DNA from: Adineta vaga
Taxonomy: Eukaryota > Animalia > Rotifera
Length of the DNA: 64,000 nucleotides
NCBI GenBank assembly: GCA_021613535.1
Contig: CP075495.1
Span: forward strand, 3,472,001-3,536,000
Direction of reading: 5' to 3'
Shown here: piece by piece, positions 17,562-31,400 of the stretch
Layout of the letters: every line of letters starts with the position of its first letter
Numbering within the stretch: the stretch's first letter is position 1
The notes under the pieces: model-generated
The model's input: the letters and a program-made list of their open reading frames with translations, nothing else
Databases searched by the model: none
Told to the model about the DNA's origin: nothing
Position numbers and translations under genes: made by a program

Positions 17562-18599
17562 TTAAGCTGATTCAGTACGTAATAAAATTCGATAAAGTAA
17601 TTTGGGAAAAAAACGACGTAAATATATAACTACTGCTGCTAAATGACCAACATAGATTTCATGTTTTCGAGCAGCAATTCCATGAAGTATATCATTGGCA
17701 CATACAGTTGGATCGGTTCCTTTTTCAGTTTTTGGATCCATTTTTTTATGTAATGCACCCGATCCGTCGAAAGCATTGATGGATATATCTGTTTTCACAA
17801 AACCAGGACATACCATGGTCACATCGATATGATCACGAGCATGTTCTAATCGAAGAGAATCAAAAAAGCCATGTAAAGCATGTTTAGAAGCAGCATAAGA
17901 TGAACGTAATGGTGTTCCAGCATAGCCTGTTGCTGATGTTACCACGACATAATGTCCTTTTTGACGTTCCACGAAATTCTAAGAAAGAAAAAAAAACGAA
18001 ATCAAATTATTCAGCTTCAAACCGTTCACTTTTCGCTTACTGGTAGAACAGCTTTACTTAATGTAATCGTACCCAAATAATTAATGTTCATTAATCGTGA
18101 ATCAACTTTATAAACAGTATCTCGAATTAAACTTCGTTGAGATATGCCAGCATTATTAATCAAAATATCAATATGTTTAAATCGATCAAGTACTAGATCG
18201 ACTTTCGATTGAAAACCATAATCATGTATTTCAAGATCAAGTGGTAAAACAAGACAATGACCAGAATCAAGATTTAATTCTCTAACTAATAATTGTAATT
18301 CATCTTCACGTCTCGCTGATATAACTAAACGTGTCGTTGGCGAGAGACGAGCTAATTCTTTAACTAATTCTCGGCCAATGCCTGATGATGCACCTAAAAT
18401 AAAACGAAGTGTGCAATTTAAGAATTTATTTGATGATTGAAATGAGAAAGTCTATCTGCTACTTACCAGTAATCCAAACGACTTTATTTTGAAAATATTT
18501 TTCGATATTATCATGTAAAGGATAAATAAAATAAGCAATAATGGCAATAATACCGAAATAAAGGAGAATCTGGAAGAAAATATTTATAAAGTCGTTCAT
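17562..18599 (-). CDS. Short-chain dehydrogenase/reductase, DHRS7/DHRS7B-like, with N-terminal membrane anchor (3 exons)
   Basis: VVWITG|ASSGIG, INNAGISQRS, catalytic YxxxK in SSYAASKHALHGFFDSLR, VCPGFVKT. Confidence 0.88.
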
Positions 18600-19301
18600 A
18601 ATTCTAGAAATATAGAAATCTTTTTATTCTATTTTACAAGCGACTAGATGAAATTTCTTTGTGTTGTGTATCCTCATTTTAATAAGAACGAGTGAATTTT
18701 CTAAAACTATTTCAACGGATACACAGTATGAATGTGAATATAGTCGAATGAAATTTGACCGTTGAATTTCATCTTTCATATATGATGAGAAATAACCAAG
18801 ATGCCATATTTTCATTGATTAGTTCCATAAAATAGCCAGTAGATATTAAAAGCATCAAAATCTCTAGCCAATCATTTTAGAATAAAATCATTTTAAAAGA
18901 ATATCTCTCTTGACATCTATTATTAACTACACAAATGTGACATACTTTTTAACATAAATATAAAACGAGTACAAGCGCCCTCTTTCATATTAGTTCCATA
19001 TAGAATAGAAACTGTTGTTCTACACTTCATTCAGTATTTTATCAGCTCTGTGATTATATGATAACTTTTCAATTTCATCAGTCATAAATGTTTTTACAAA
19101 ACGAATAGATCATCCTATATAAAATATGAAAATGTTGTATCGTCAAAATACAATAAGGATAATACTAGAAGAAGGACAATAACAGTTGTTACGGGTAAAC
19201 AAATCAAAAACCAAAATTACATCATGTGCTACTTTTTCATTCTAAAAGGATACTATTGATGACAAGTCACATATGTTTCTAAAAGAAACTATACGATTGT
19301 C

Positions 19302-21942
19302 TTATTTGGATTTGTTCGATGAAGATGTTGATGAACTAAATGTTTTTTCAATATGATCAAGAATTTGAAGTGCTGCTTCAGGAATACGAGTTCCTGGTCC
19401 AAAAATAAGCTTAACACCGTGATCATACAACTGTTGATGATCTTGAGGTGGAACCACACCACCGACAGTAACTATAATGTCACGTCGACCTAATTCTTCA
19501 AGTTTATGAATTAATTCTGGCACGAGTGTTTTATGTCCAGCACCTAATGTACTAACACCAACAACATGAACATCAGCATCAATAGCTTGAAGTGCAACTT
19601 CCGATGGAGTCTACAACAATTTTATGAAAAGTCTGAAGAGATACAATTACAAAGAAATGACATACAGCAAATAAGGGACCAATGTCGACGTCAAATCCAA
19701 GATCACTAAAAGCAGAGGCAATGACTTTAGCACCACGATCATGTCCATCTTGACCAACTTTGGCGACGAGTATTCGAGGATGTCGACCATCAATTTTTGA
19801 GAATTTCTATGGAAATGATTCAAAATTTTTAAAACAATTTTAACAACAATATTTAACAAACCTCAACTCGATCAGAAACCTGTTGAAGTTCATCATTATT
19901 TTTGCCATCATTGAATGTTTTTCTATATGCTCCACTGACAAGACGTGAATCAGCGACATGTCGTGAAAAAATATCTTCTAATGCTTGAGAAATTTCTCCC
20001 AATGTACAACGAACTCGCGCTGCTTCAATTGCTGCTTCAAGTAAATTTCCAGTACCCGATTTATCACGAGCAATCTCTCGAATCTTTTCCAAACATTGAT
20101 CGACTTTTGATTGATCACGTGCTTGTTTCACTTTTCTTATTTTTTCAATTTGTTGTTCTCGAACTTGTCGATTATCAATTTGTAATACTTGAATAACCTC
20201 TTCTTTTTCTAATTTATGTTTATTCACACCAACAATTGTTTCTTTTCCATCATCGATCATAGCTTGTCGTTTTGCAGCACATTCTTCAATCTTTAATTTT
20301 GGTACACCAGCAACAATAGCTTTTGCCATGCCACCCATTTGTTCAACTTCAGTAATCAATTCACGAGCTTTATTATAAACTTCATCGGTTAATGCTTCCA
20401 TCATATAAGATCCAGCCCATGGATCAATAATCTATTGGGAAAAGGATGAATATGAATTTCTTTGACGATATTGAATTCGTATCTTTTTTTGTCTTACCTT
20501 TGGAATGCCTGTTTCTTCTTGTAGAATTATTTGAGTATTTCTGGCAATACGTGAACTTTGTACTGATGGAAGAGCAAGTGCTTCATCGAATGAATTTGTA
20601 TGAAGAGATTGAGTACCACCAAAAACAGCGGATAAAGCTTCTAATGTTGTACGAATAACATTATTGTATGGATCTTGAGCTGTTAATGACCAACCAGATG
20701 TTTGACAATGACAACGTAACATCATAGATTGAGCTTTTTTTGGTGAGAAATTTTCCTTCATTAAATTAGCCCACAGACGACGTGCTGCTCGAAGTTTGGC
20801 GATTTCCTATAGAAAATTTTGTATACAATTTAGATCTGAAATTGAATTCAAAACTAACCATGTAAAAATTCATTCCAATACCCCAAAAAAATGAAAGACG
20901 TGGTGCAAAATCATCGATAGCTAAACCAGCTTTGAGACCTAAGAAGAAAGATAAAATCTATTTCTTTATTATGAATATAATCATATCGTACCAGTTCGAC
21001 AATATTCTAAACCATCAGCGATCGTATAAGCTAATTCAAGTGTTGCTGTTGCACCAGCTTCTTGCATATGATAACCACTAATTGAAATGGAATTAAAGTG
21101 TGGCATATTTTTTGATGTATAACGAAAGATATCAGCAATAATTTTCATCGAAGGTTCTGGTGGATAAATATATGTATTTCGAACCATAAATTCTTTGAGA
21201 ATATCATTTTGAATTGTTCCAGTTAATTGATTTTGTTTGGCACCCTATGAATCAAAAATAATTTTAATTAAGAATAATGTTTACATCAATATCGTTACTT
21301 GTTCTTCAGCAGCAACAACATACATAGCAAGAACTGGTAGAACAGCTCCATTCATTGTCATTGATACAGAGATGGTTGAGAGAGGAATTGAATCAAATAA
21401 TTGTTTCATATCTTCAACGGTATCAATTGCTACACCGGCCATTCCAACATCACCACTAACACGTTCATTATCTGAATCATAACCACGATGTGTAGCTAAA
21501 TCAAACGCGACCGAAAGACCTTGTTGACCAGCTGCTAAATTAGCTCGATAGAATCGATTCGATTCTTCAACAGTACTAAAGCCAGCATATTGACGAATAG
21601 TCCATGGTCGTTGAGCATACATTGTTGGATATGGACCACGAGTATATGGAAATACACCGGGAATTTCTTCTTTACTTTTAACATCATCTGATGTATACAA
21701 TGGTTTCAATTTAATATCTTCATATGTTGTCCAATTTAATGAATCTAATGGAATTTTTTTTAATTGTTTCGTTGCAACTTTACTCCATTCTGATTGTAAC
21801 GAGGAGAGACAAGCTATCTAGAAGAAGAAGAAGTTATAATTCGACTTGTTGCATAAATTTATTCGAAAATAATTACTTGAGATCTTTCATTAATCCTTAT
21901 CGATAGAAGACGTGATCGAACAGACAAAAGTTGTCGGTACAT
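19302..21942 (-). CDS. MMUT: Mitochondrial methylmalonyl-CoA mutase
   Basis: [54 protein letters not shown]12-binding [11 protein letters not shown] and [10 protein letters not shown]. Arg/Ser-rich N-terminal presequence. Confidence 0.96.
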
Positions 21943-22533
21943 TGACTTGGTTTTTTAATAAAAATGAATCATGAAAATATAAGAAGAGAAGAGAAGAATA
22001 ATAGTAATTTTAGCTAGCTCGATGATCAAAATCGTTTTAATAACGAACAAGAAACAAGGCATAAGATGTCACTATACAACAACTATGCTGAATCGATTCT
22101 TTTCTTATTATTCGTACTCGCATGTATTGCAGCTTCGAAAACAAAACAAAACACAAGTATTGTAGAATCTTATGATAATTGATTGCTCGTATAGTACGTC
22201 TAAGTTAAGCATTGTTATTTATTGATAAGAAAACTATATATTTGATTTCAAATCTACCCTTATCCACTAAATTCTTCTTTTTTTGAATGATGTTTTGGTT
22301 AATTCCTCGATTGATTCGACTGAAAAATCAGATATTAAATAAAGACAATAAAATTTTGTCGTATTCATCTTATTTATTAGTTTCGTTTCGTAGTGTCAAG
22401 GCATACAGTAGATATTTGTAAAAAAAAGAGAAGATAGTTCTTTAAAATATAAAATTCTTTTCATACTTAAAGAGAAAGGTACAAAAAAAAAGTCAAAGTA
22501 GAAAATGAATGAAAGAATGAGAATGTTTAAAAG

Positions 22534-23091
22534 TTATTTATTGATTGGATAGGCATTGTGTGTAATTGATGAATTAGAGATTTGTGGACTAATTGAAAGA
22601 CGAGGAACAAGTTGTTGAGAAGATTGAATAGGTAATGTTGTAATTGTTATACGAGGAGCTTTAACATCTGTTAAGCGATGTCCATTGAAAATTGGTTGAG
22701 GTGGTGATAATAATCCATGATTTGTCGAGCTAACATATCGATTACCATTATTCGAAGGATGATTAGCTGAAGGTCGTCGATTTGGATCAAGACGACGTTG
22801 TTGTGCAGAAGAATGACGTCTCAAATTATTCTCTTGTATGATTACTGAGAGACGTTCCATTGGATCATTAGAACCTTGGTTTCGTTTTAAACAGAGACAA
22901 TGAGACCATTTATAAATAGCTACAATAAGCATAACCAAAATAACAGCTACAATACCAATACATAAACCGATAAAATCACGTGTTAAAGGTGTTGGTGTTG
23001 AATCGTCTACTTCTGGAATACTCAAATCAGACACTAACAAAAAAAGATATAATGACAAATGAATTGCAAGAATTAATTAAGTATACTTACT
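22534..23091 (-). CDS. Small single-pass membrane protein with disordered cytoplasmic tail, unknown function
   Basis: One hydrophobic helix (FIGLCIGIVAVILVMLIVAIY) followed by KWSHCLCLK and a Pro/Ser/Arg-rich tail. The ATG is formed across intron 23034-23090. Confidence 0.6.
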
Positions 23092-24002
23092 TTTTGTTTT
23101 CACGTAGGTTTTCTCAGAAATTTAACGAAAAAACTTTATTTATCACAGATAAATAGAAAGAACGAGAAAATACTAAACGTTTACAATAACAACAACTAGT
23201 CTAATCTTTCCTTTCTCGTCCTGTTTCTTTTCATTATTATATGTTAATAAATATATATACATATATAGTCTAGGCGTGGTTGAGCACGAATTTATCTCTC
23301 TCTATTACTACGTACATACATACATACATGAAATCAACTGACAGTTAACAAAAGAAGAAAATTCGTTCGATGATTTATTCGTGTTTTCCAATAAAAAGCA
23401 ATACACCTACTTTAGAAATAAACATTTCAAAATCAATTTTTTTCTTCAATAGCAAACGCTAAAATAAAAGCAGATAGTGTTTACGATTGAAGAGAAAAAT
23501 CGCGAGTGCTTCGAGTTCATTCTCCAAAAGAATATCTAATCTATTATTAATCAGCCATCATGATTTTACTTTCATCAATTGTTAATTTTGATATGAAACA
23601 GATACTAAATTTCTTACATACATTCAGTTTGTTTAATAGAAATATTATATATTTAAATACATTCGACCAAAAGTGTTTACTAGATAATGAGAATAACAAC
23701 TACAATACAATTCATGTGCTGCTTTTTCTTTAAATATACGACTATTATAAGAGAAATTTTGAAAGAACATATTCTTCGGCGGAAAAAAAGATACAATCAT
23801 CAGATTAGAAATCGACTAGGTCAAGACATGTATGTTACTTAGTTTGACTCATTTTACACGGGCATATTGCATAATAAACAAAAAAATCTATGAAATATAC
23901 ATACAAACAAACAAAGAAAGAAAGAAAGAAAGAAAGAAAAGATTTGTAAACATGTCAAAATAGATTCGATTCGTTATGATGTTCAGGTATATACATATAT
24001 TA

Positions 24003-25706
24003 TCAATCACTAGGTGAATCGCTATTATTACCAGATGATGAAGGTCCATTCACTGGAGAACCTTCTTCATCACCACTCAGACCAGTTAAGCCATCTTCTG
24101 GTTTAATAGCAGAATTTGGAGGTTCAAATTGTGCGTACTGTCTAGCAGAATTTTTTTGTTTGATTTTATCTTGTTTTCGCCAAAGCACAATTTCCTGCAA
24201 TAGGAGAATATCGTTATCTATATTCATAAAAGAAAAAAATCTACTTGTTGTTTAAAATAACGTCGTTCTTCTTCATCGACTAGAACTAAATTGAGAAAAT
24301 ATCGAACAGAAAATTTTCTTTGAATATCTTTCATTGTTGGTGTTAAATCATAACCACCCAAGAAAAGACGGATTGGAATGCTTTCACCTAATAAAAAAGA
24401 GATAGAAATCTTCCTAAGTACATATATATATATATATATATATCAAATAATTCTTTACCTCGTACAGGTGCACCATCCATTATTTCATATTTTGCTATTG
24501 TTTCCGTCTCAGCATAAATATTAGGACCATTTCCTGTTGTTTCTTTTTTTAAAATTGCTATTTCCATATGTTTGATTTTAATTCGAACGAGTAAAAAATA
24601 AATTTTTCCCACAATTACATCTTTCAAATGATATCTACATCAATCAAATCAATAATGAAATAGACGAAAGAAAGAAGCGTACACAATTAAACTTACTTCG
24701 ATTTATTATATTCGAATTCAATATGTAAACAATCTTCAATTCCAACTTCCATTTTAATACTATTATTTATTTCAGGAAATTGAGATAATTGTTGAACGCA
24801 TATATCACGTTCAGAAACTGTATTTGTAAATCGACGGATAATAGTTAAACGAATGAAGTATCTAGGAGAAAAACAAATCCAAATATATATATATATATAT
24901 ATATGATGAAATCATGTTTGTTTTCTTTTCAATACCTTAATTTGACATTAATACCAATGTAAGATTCGTATGGTTTTTCAACATTTGGAAAGTGAAAATC
25001 TTTTGTAAAGAAAAGTTTGTTTTTTGTTAATAGAAGAAAAATTAGGTTGTTAATTTTACCTATAGATGTACTTTCAATTAATTCACCTGGAAAAGCAAGT
25101 AATTTTGAAAGATTGATAAATTCATGTATTGTACTACGATCATTTAGCATTTCTAGAAAAGAAGACATTTGCTTTTTTTAATTATCTAATAGGCATTGAT
25201 GATTTGATAAAATTTCAATTTTTTTTAATGCTTCTTTATCACAGTTATTATTGTCACGCTGACTTCCTACTCTCATTTTCATTCATGTCAAATGGATGAA
25301 TATGTTTCTATTTTATCATAATTAAAGACATTTTTCTTGAATATCTTTATCTTTTAAGACGAGATTTTTCTTTCTTCTCTTATTTTCCTTCAATTTAATA
25401 TATCCAAGAGATTTAATCAATATAAATACTAACCAATTTGTCCAACGAATTCCAATCGAATACCTTGATGTTCAACTTTGCTATTCTTTTTTAATTGAAT
25501 TTGTACCTAAATGTAAATTTGAAGTATTTTTCATCAATAATAAAGATTTTATTTACCATTCCTCCAACATCTTCACCATCATAATAAATATGTTGTAAAG
25601 CTCGTTTATTATTATCATCAAGTTTAACTTCAACTTGTTTTCGTTGACCTTGTGGATCTAATAAGAATTCCACATCAACTTTCGATCCTAAACCTAACAG
25701 ATCCAT
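24003..25706 (-). CDS. VPS26: Retromer subunit VPS26
   Basis: EHQGIRLEFVGQI, VEKPYESYIGINVKLRYF, IKMEVGIEDCLHIEFEYNKS, KYEIMDGAPVRGESIPIRLFL, YFKQQEIVLWRK. Confidence 0.95.
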
Positions 25707-25861
25707 ATGTAAATATGTGAATAATCTAGAAATCAAATCGAAGAAAGAAAAATGTTTTATGTAGAATATTTTTTCTCTGTTTTGTTTATACTACTAGAAA
25801 AATGACAGAAGAAAAAAAACGAAAAGAGAGAGAGAGGAAAGAGAAAGGAGATTTAAGCAGT

Positions 25862-26534
25862 TTATTGATAAGGTGTAGCTTGTGATGAATCATAAGCACA
25901 TTGATCTTTATTTCGAACTTGTGCTAAATATTCGTCGTATGTTATCGATGGTCCATGTGTACTCTGATCATAATATTTCTTTTGAATAAATTTTCGACCA
26001 CTATAACCACAACTGTGTACAATTGGTTTATCCTAAATTGTTTTTATTAAAATAAGATAATTTCATTTTGAAATTTCTTACTAAATTAATGTACACTTTT
26101 GGATGGCCCAAAGGACCACCACTATCCGACCAAACACCACGTGCTCTACAGACAACAACCGGATCATCACGGACATAATCAATGGCAAATCTTGTATTTA
26201 CCTGAAAGAGAAACAAGAAGAAAATTTTTCATCGATTTACGCATATTTTATATGATTGAAAACAAACCAATTTTCCTTTATTAACAAAACGAATATTTCG
26301 ATAATCATCAGCATCAAAAACTTGACCAGTATGTGTTGCCGTATCTGGTGCATGTAAATCTCGATTGATAGGAACAGTTACTCGTTTTTGGTTAACATCT
26401 TCTTCCCGATCATAAACTTTAACATAGTTTTCATTAGATGATTTTGTTGTAGCTGTCGAAGTGCCGGATGGAGCGTGTGTTTTAAATACTGACATGCAAC
26501 GGCGTGAGCCATATCTCAGAAATAATAGAGACAT
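25862..26534 (-). CDS. NDUFS6: Complex I 13-kDa subunit NDUFS6 (3 exons)
   Basis: THTGQVFDADDYRNIRF..K.VNTRFAI, LGHPKVYINL|DKP..HSCGY. Mitochondrial presequence-like N-terminus. Confidence 0.9.
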
Positions 26535-27370
26535 CTAAAACAGTCTTTAATAAATTATCTTGACGTTTTTCTTCTTGTTTGTGTTGTGTTTATGAATATG
26601 AATGATGATGATGACGATGACGGCACGGCACCAATAAGATAGTTTTTCATTCGTTTGTTTCTTAACCAATGAAAAACAGCGAAAGAAAATTTTTTATTCA
26701 TTGTCTGAACTCGTCAGACATCTAGGAATATAACTAAGTTTCTCATTCTCAGTAGAATGTTCGTTTCTTAGTCTATATGAAGAAAGTTGTTTTGCAGACG
26801 AAAAGAAGTTTGTCAAATCAAAGGAATAAAAAACAACGTATATTCGAACATGACAAATAATTTAAGTGTATTTCATAATACTTCTTTTGATCAAGAATTA
26901 TTTTTCATATGAAAATTGAATATTTATCAATAAAATTGAACTTGAAAAGATATTGATCATATAGAATCATTTCAATCTACTTCGATGAAGAAATATACTT
27001 TGACTAGATGAGTATTGGAAAAGGAAAAAAGAACAAAAAATTAGAACATTTCAATTATTTTATATTTATTTTGACAATAGATCAACTTTCGACTATTAAG
27101 AAAACAATCCGAATAAGAATGATCCATTGAAGGTCTTCTTCTTCTTCTTTCAAATAGGTTTGATCATGTAGAAGGAAGTTTTATCTTGATTTTCTTGGTA
27201 TTTTTTTTAAAGAAAAGAAAAGAAAAGAAACGGAAATCAACTGTTGCTTTTCAGTGTCAATTACGAAATGGGTGCTTGCAACCATTATACAAAAAATAGA
27301 TACACGAAAACAAAAGACATGAAGGGAAGAAAAAGAAGACATCAGAGAAAATTTCTCTTTTTTTTCTCGT

Positions 27371-28433
27371 TTACATTATTAAACATTTTTTAGTTGACGT
27401 TCGATTGGATGATGTATCAGGTGTTCCAGTCTTTCTTGAATCGACAGGGAAATCCGAATGATCAATTGCAGTTCGTGAACCTTTTTTAACATTTGTTGTC
27501 AATGTACTTGATGTTGACATAACTGATGTTCGACTAGATTTCGTTCCGGGAGAAACTGGTGTTGTCGGTCGAGTTAAAACACTATCAGCTACATTTGGAC
27601 TACTTCCACTATAAATAAGTGTTGATGAATTCGAATTAGCTGTTATTATCGATCGTTTTCCACCGTAGGATGACGATGGAGATGATGGTATTGGTGTATT
27701 ACTATTATCTTCAATTAAATGTCCATCTTGATCGACATTAAAATTAAATTGTCGTTTTTTATCTAATTTTAAAAGTTCTTGAAATGCTTCGCGTATATTT
27801 GTATTCATTTTCGCTGATGTTTCAATCCATGCACATGACCAAAGTGATGCTAATTGTTTACCAAGATTTTCTGTTACTTCACGACATGCTGTTTCATCAG
27901 ATTTACAACCCATTAGCAAAATGGGTGTTTCATTTTGTTGGTCAGCTTTAATTTCACGAATTTGATTATAAATTGGTTTTAATTCTTCAAAGGTTTGCTT
28001 GCTTGCAATTGAGTAAACTAATATGAATGCATGTCCTTTTTGTATACTTAATCTTTGCATGGCTGGAAATTGATGTGCACCGGTACTAAGAAAATAGACA
28101 AATGATAATTATAAAAAAAAAACTCTTTGTTTTTAATTCTATTCGTTCAATCTTACGTGTCAGTTATTTGTAAAGTTGTGATTTGTTTATTACAAGATAC
28201 GACCTGTCGATATGTATCTTCAACAGTTGGAATATAATTTTCACGAAACTGTCCGTTGACAAATCGAAGTACACAATTTGTTTTACCTGATTAAGTTTTG
28301 TTTTTTAATAATAAGGAAAGAAAAAAACGATCGATTATTATTGATGAAAAAAGAAGAAAATTTTATTTTTCAACATACCAACTCCAGCACTGCCAAAGAC
28401 GACGATTCGATAGTCTGTACTCTGATCGGGCAT
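27371..28433 (-). CDS. DIRAS: Di-Ras-like small GTPase with CaaX
   Basis: [18 protein letters not shown]|[20 protein letters not shown]|[30 protein letters not shown]-terminal KKCLIM. Confidence 0.9.
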
Positions 28434-31400
28434 AGCCCGAAAGGGTGTAGACGAATCTTTATTTGGCTAGAATAAATCGGAAGAAAAAACACATTAATAA
28501 GATAAATTTTGTCTATTGAACTTTGATGAGAAACAAATAATAGATGATCATTTGAAATATGTCTTTTAGCTGTCAAGTGTCTTTCCTTGGAGAGAATCAT
28601 CAACATGGAAAATATCCGATGCAAAGTATTAGAAAAGAGAATAAGAGAGTAGGAGGAAAGGGGCAAAGGAAAAAACTATTGAACGCTTTCGAACTTATTT
28701 CGACTTTTTCCTTAGTTCTTCACGCTCATAAACATCCTTATCCTTTACTCTTCACACGTCATCAACAAGCAACCCGTCACTTTTGTCGTCGTTCTCAAGA
28801 GAACATAACAAATGCATACTCATTCTCTCTTTGATTCAAACAACATACAACTAGAAAACATACGAGTACTCATGCTGTTAATTAATCTCTGACATTTTCT
28901 TCTTCTACTTCTTCTGTTGTTGCTTTTTCTTCTCTATCTCTCTCTGTGTCTTTTACTTCATATTTAATATATACATATATATTTATCAGGTGATATGTGC
29001 TACGATTTGTTCTATTTAGTTAATAAAGCAAAAACAAAAACAAGAAACTTACACAGGTGGAGAAAATCTGTCTAGTTAATAATAGAAAAATAGCATCTAG
29101 CACGTAGAATTCTTCTATAAATATCAGATCGATTAACTTAAATAAGAAATGAAAAGAAAAATAAGTCACCATTTTCTAAATTATGATAAATATTATTTCA
29201 ACTAGAGAAAAAGAAAAACATGATGGGAATACATGTATATTATTTCATCATGAAATTAATATGTATCTAACTATGCTTTTATTCTTTTTCTTTTTTCTCA
29301 AACTATATAAGAAATCTTGCAGATTAAATATCATGCATAAATTAACTGAATAAAGATCGACATGTCATATATTGACAAGAAAAGATTAGTTCAAGAATTT
29401 CTTAACGAACTTTTGATAGTATAGTTATTTGATATGTTTCTGTTCGTATGAAATATAAATAAACAATGAATTTAATAACCTTTGGTCAATGTCAATAGAT
29501 CGCTATAGATGAATATCTTTATCTCATTAATTAGTTTTGAGAGCGGAAAAAAAAATCAAAAATGATTTTATTATTTTCTTACCTTATCAAGTGCCATTAT
29601 AGTTCAGTTTGACAAACAAAGTAAATAATCAAAATTGTTTCGATACTGTGATTATAGAGCGAATAATGATAGAAAATACACCCTCACTCTTACATACACG
29701 CACAGACATGCTCATGCGCACATCAACGTGCAAGAGATGCTAGTCTCCGATGCATCTATCATCGTTCTTGTTCTTCGTTTCTTTTAGTTGAGTAATAATC
29801 ACTCAGCAGTGGCAGTAGTAGACAAAAGAGAAACGAGAGAAAAGAATAGGAAACACTACAACGACAAAGAGAGAAAAAGAAGAAGAAGAAGAAGTAGAGA
29901 CAGCACTATACGGTTTTTTTCCGAACGAGAACTAACAAGAAAATGAAGAAAAGTTTTGCTAAAAAACCTCACTTCCAACTCCAAAGAAAGCGAACAAACG
30001 AGCGAGCGAACGAGCAAATGGGACAGTGTGTTTATGAGCGATTTAGGTAATAAGAGTAAATGAATGTTCGAAGTTTTATCGGCTCGACATATAAACTGTA
30101 GATAGACCATACGATTGAGTAAAGAGTCAACACCTTCTTTCTTTCTTTCATTCTTTTTTTCTCTCTTCTTCCTCATTTATTTCTTCTTCTTTTACTTCGT
30201 TTATTATTAGTATTTCTGTTTCTTTCTGCGAGAAAAATGATACGTCATGCATGTAACTAGTTTCTTTTCTTCCTATTTAACATTATTTGTATTCATCGAT
30301 ATGTATATACAGAGAGAGAAAGAATTTGACAATTCGATATTGCATACATAAGTTTGGTTCAATTTAATCAATAGGATACTTAGTTTGTCGTTCATGTTTT
30401 CTCTTCTCTTCATATTAACATCGAAAGAATTCGTTCATAGAATTAGTAATGACATTGTAGTTTTCTTTTCAAATCGCTCTACTTTTTTTCTTCTCTCTAG
30501 CCACAAGAGTAATCAAGTTTATTCGATTGTGATCAGAAAACAAGAAGAGAGAAAGTGTATTTGTATGAGAAAAAAATAACTCGATAACGCACGACAATGA
30601 GTTGATGCATAAAATGAACGAAGAAAAAACAAGAACCGAGAAATTTCATTATTAGAGCATGTTAATCAATCGATAATAAAAAATCATGCACATTCAAATA
30701 CTTAAGGCAATTCACTAATCATGGATTGAAATATCTTTATCTCAAAAACAACACATATATCTAACTTACTTTTTGAACAAATTCTTTATTCATTAGATTT
30801 AAAAGCTCTGTATGACGCACGCAACATACCGAGTCTTCTGTTATATATATATATTCAACTGTTACACGCTTTATTCAAAAGAAAATCTGTCACTTTAGAA
30901 ACAACTATATAGAAGATATGTTCATTTATGCTTGGAAAACTTTCTTTTTTCTTCTTCTTTTTCTTGTATTTAGGTGAAATTATATTGTCGAATATGAAAT
31001 TGATAAAGCGGAACAAATATCATTAGAAGAGAAAAAGAAAGGAGAAGAAAAGACATTTTCTTTTTTCTCTTCTATATCTTCATTTTGAATAAATCTTCAA
31101 GGAAATTTTGTTGTATGAAAACGCAAAAAAAAGAAAATTTTACTTACTTAAATTAATTCACGTTGTTACTTTTCTCGGAAAATATGAAACCATCTTCAAA
31201 TGAATATATTTCGAATTCTTTTTATCAAATGTTCTTGATCGGATCAATAGCAAGAAGAAAAAAAAACTTATATCATGTATATATTCTACTGCTTACACTC
31301 GACTTCCGTTCGGTGAAGTATTGTGTGAAAAACACACCTAGTCTATCAACATTTTATGCATTGATATAATTGTTTTTCTTTGTTCTTGTGCCAGTTGTTT

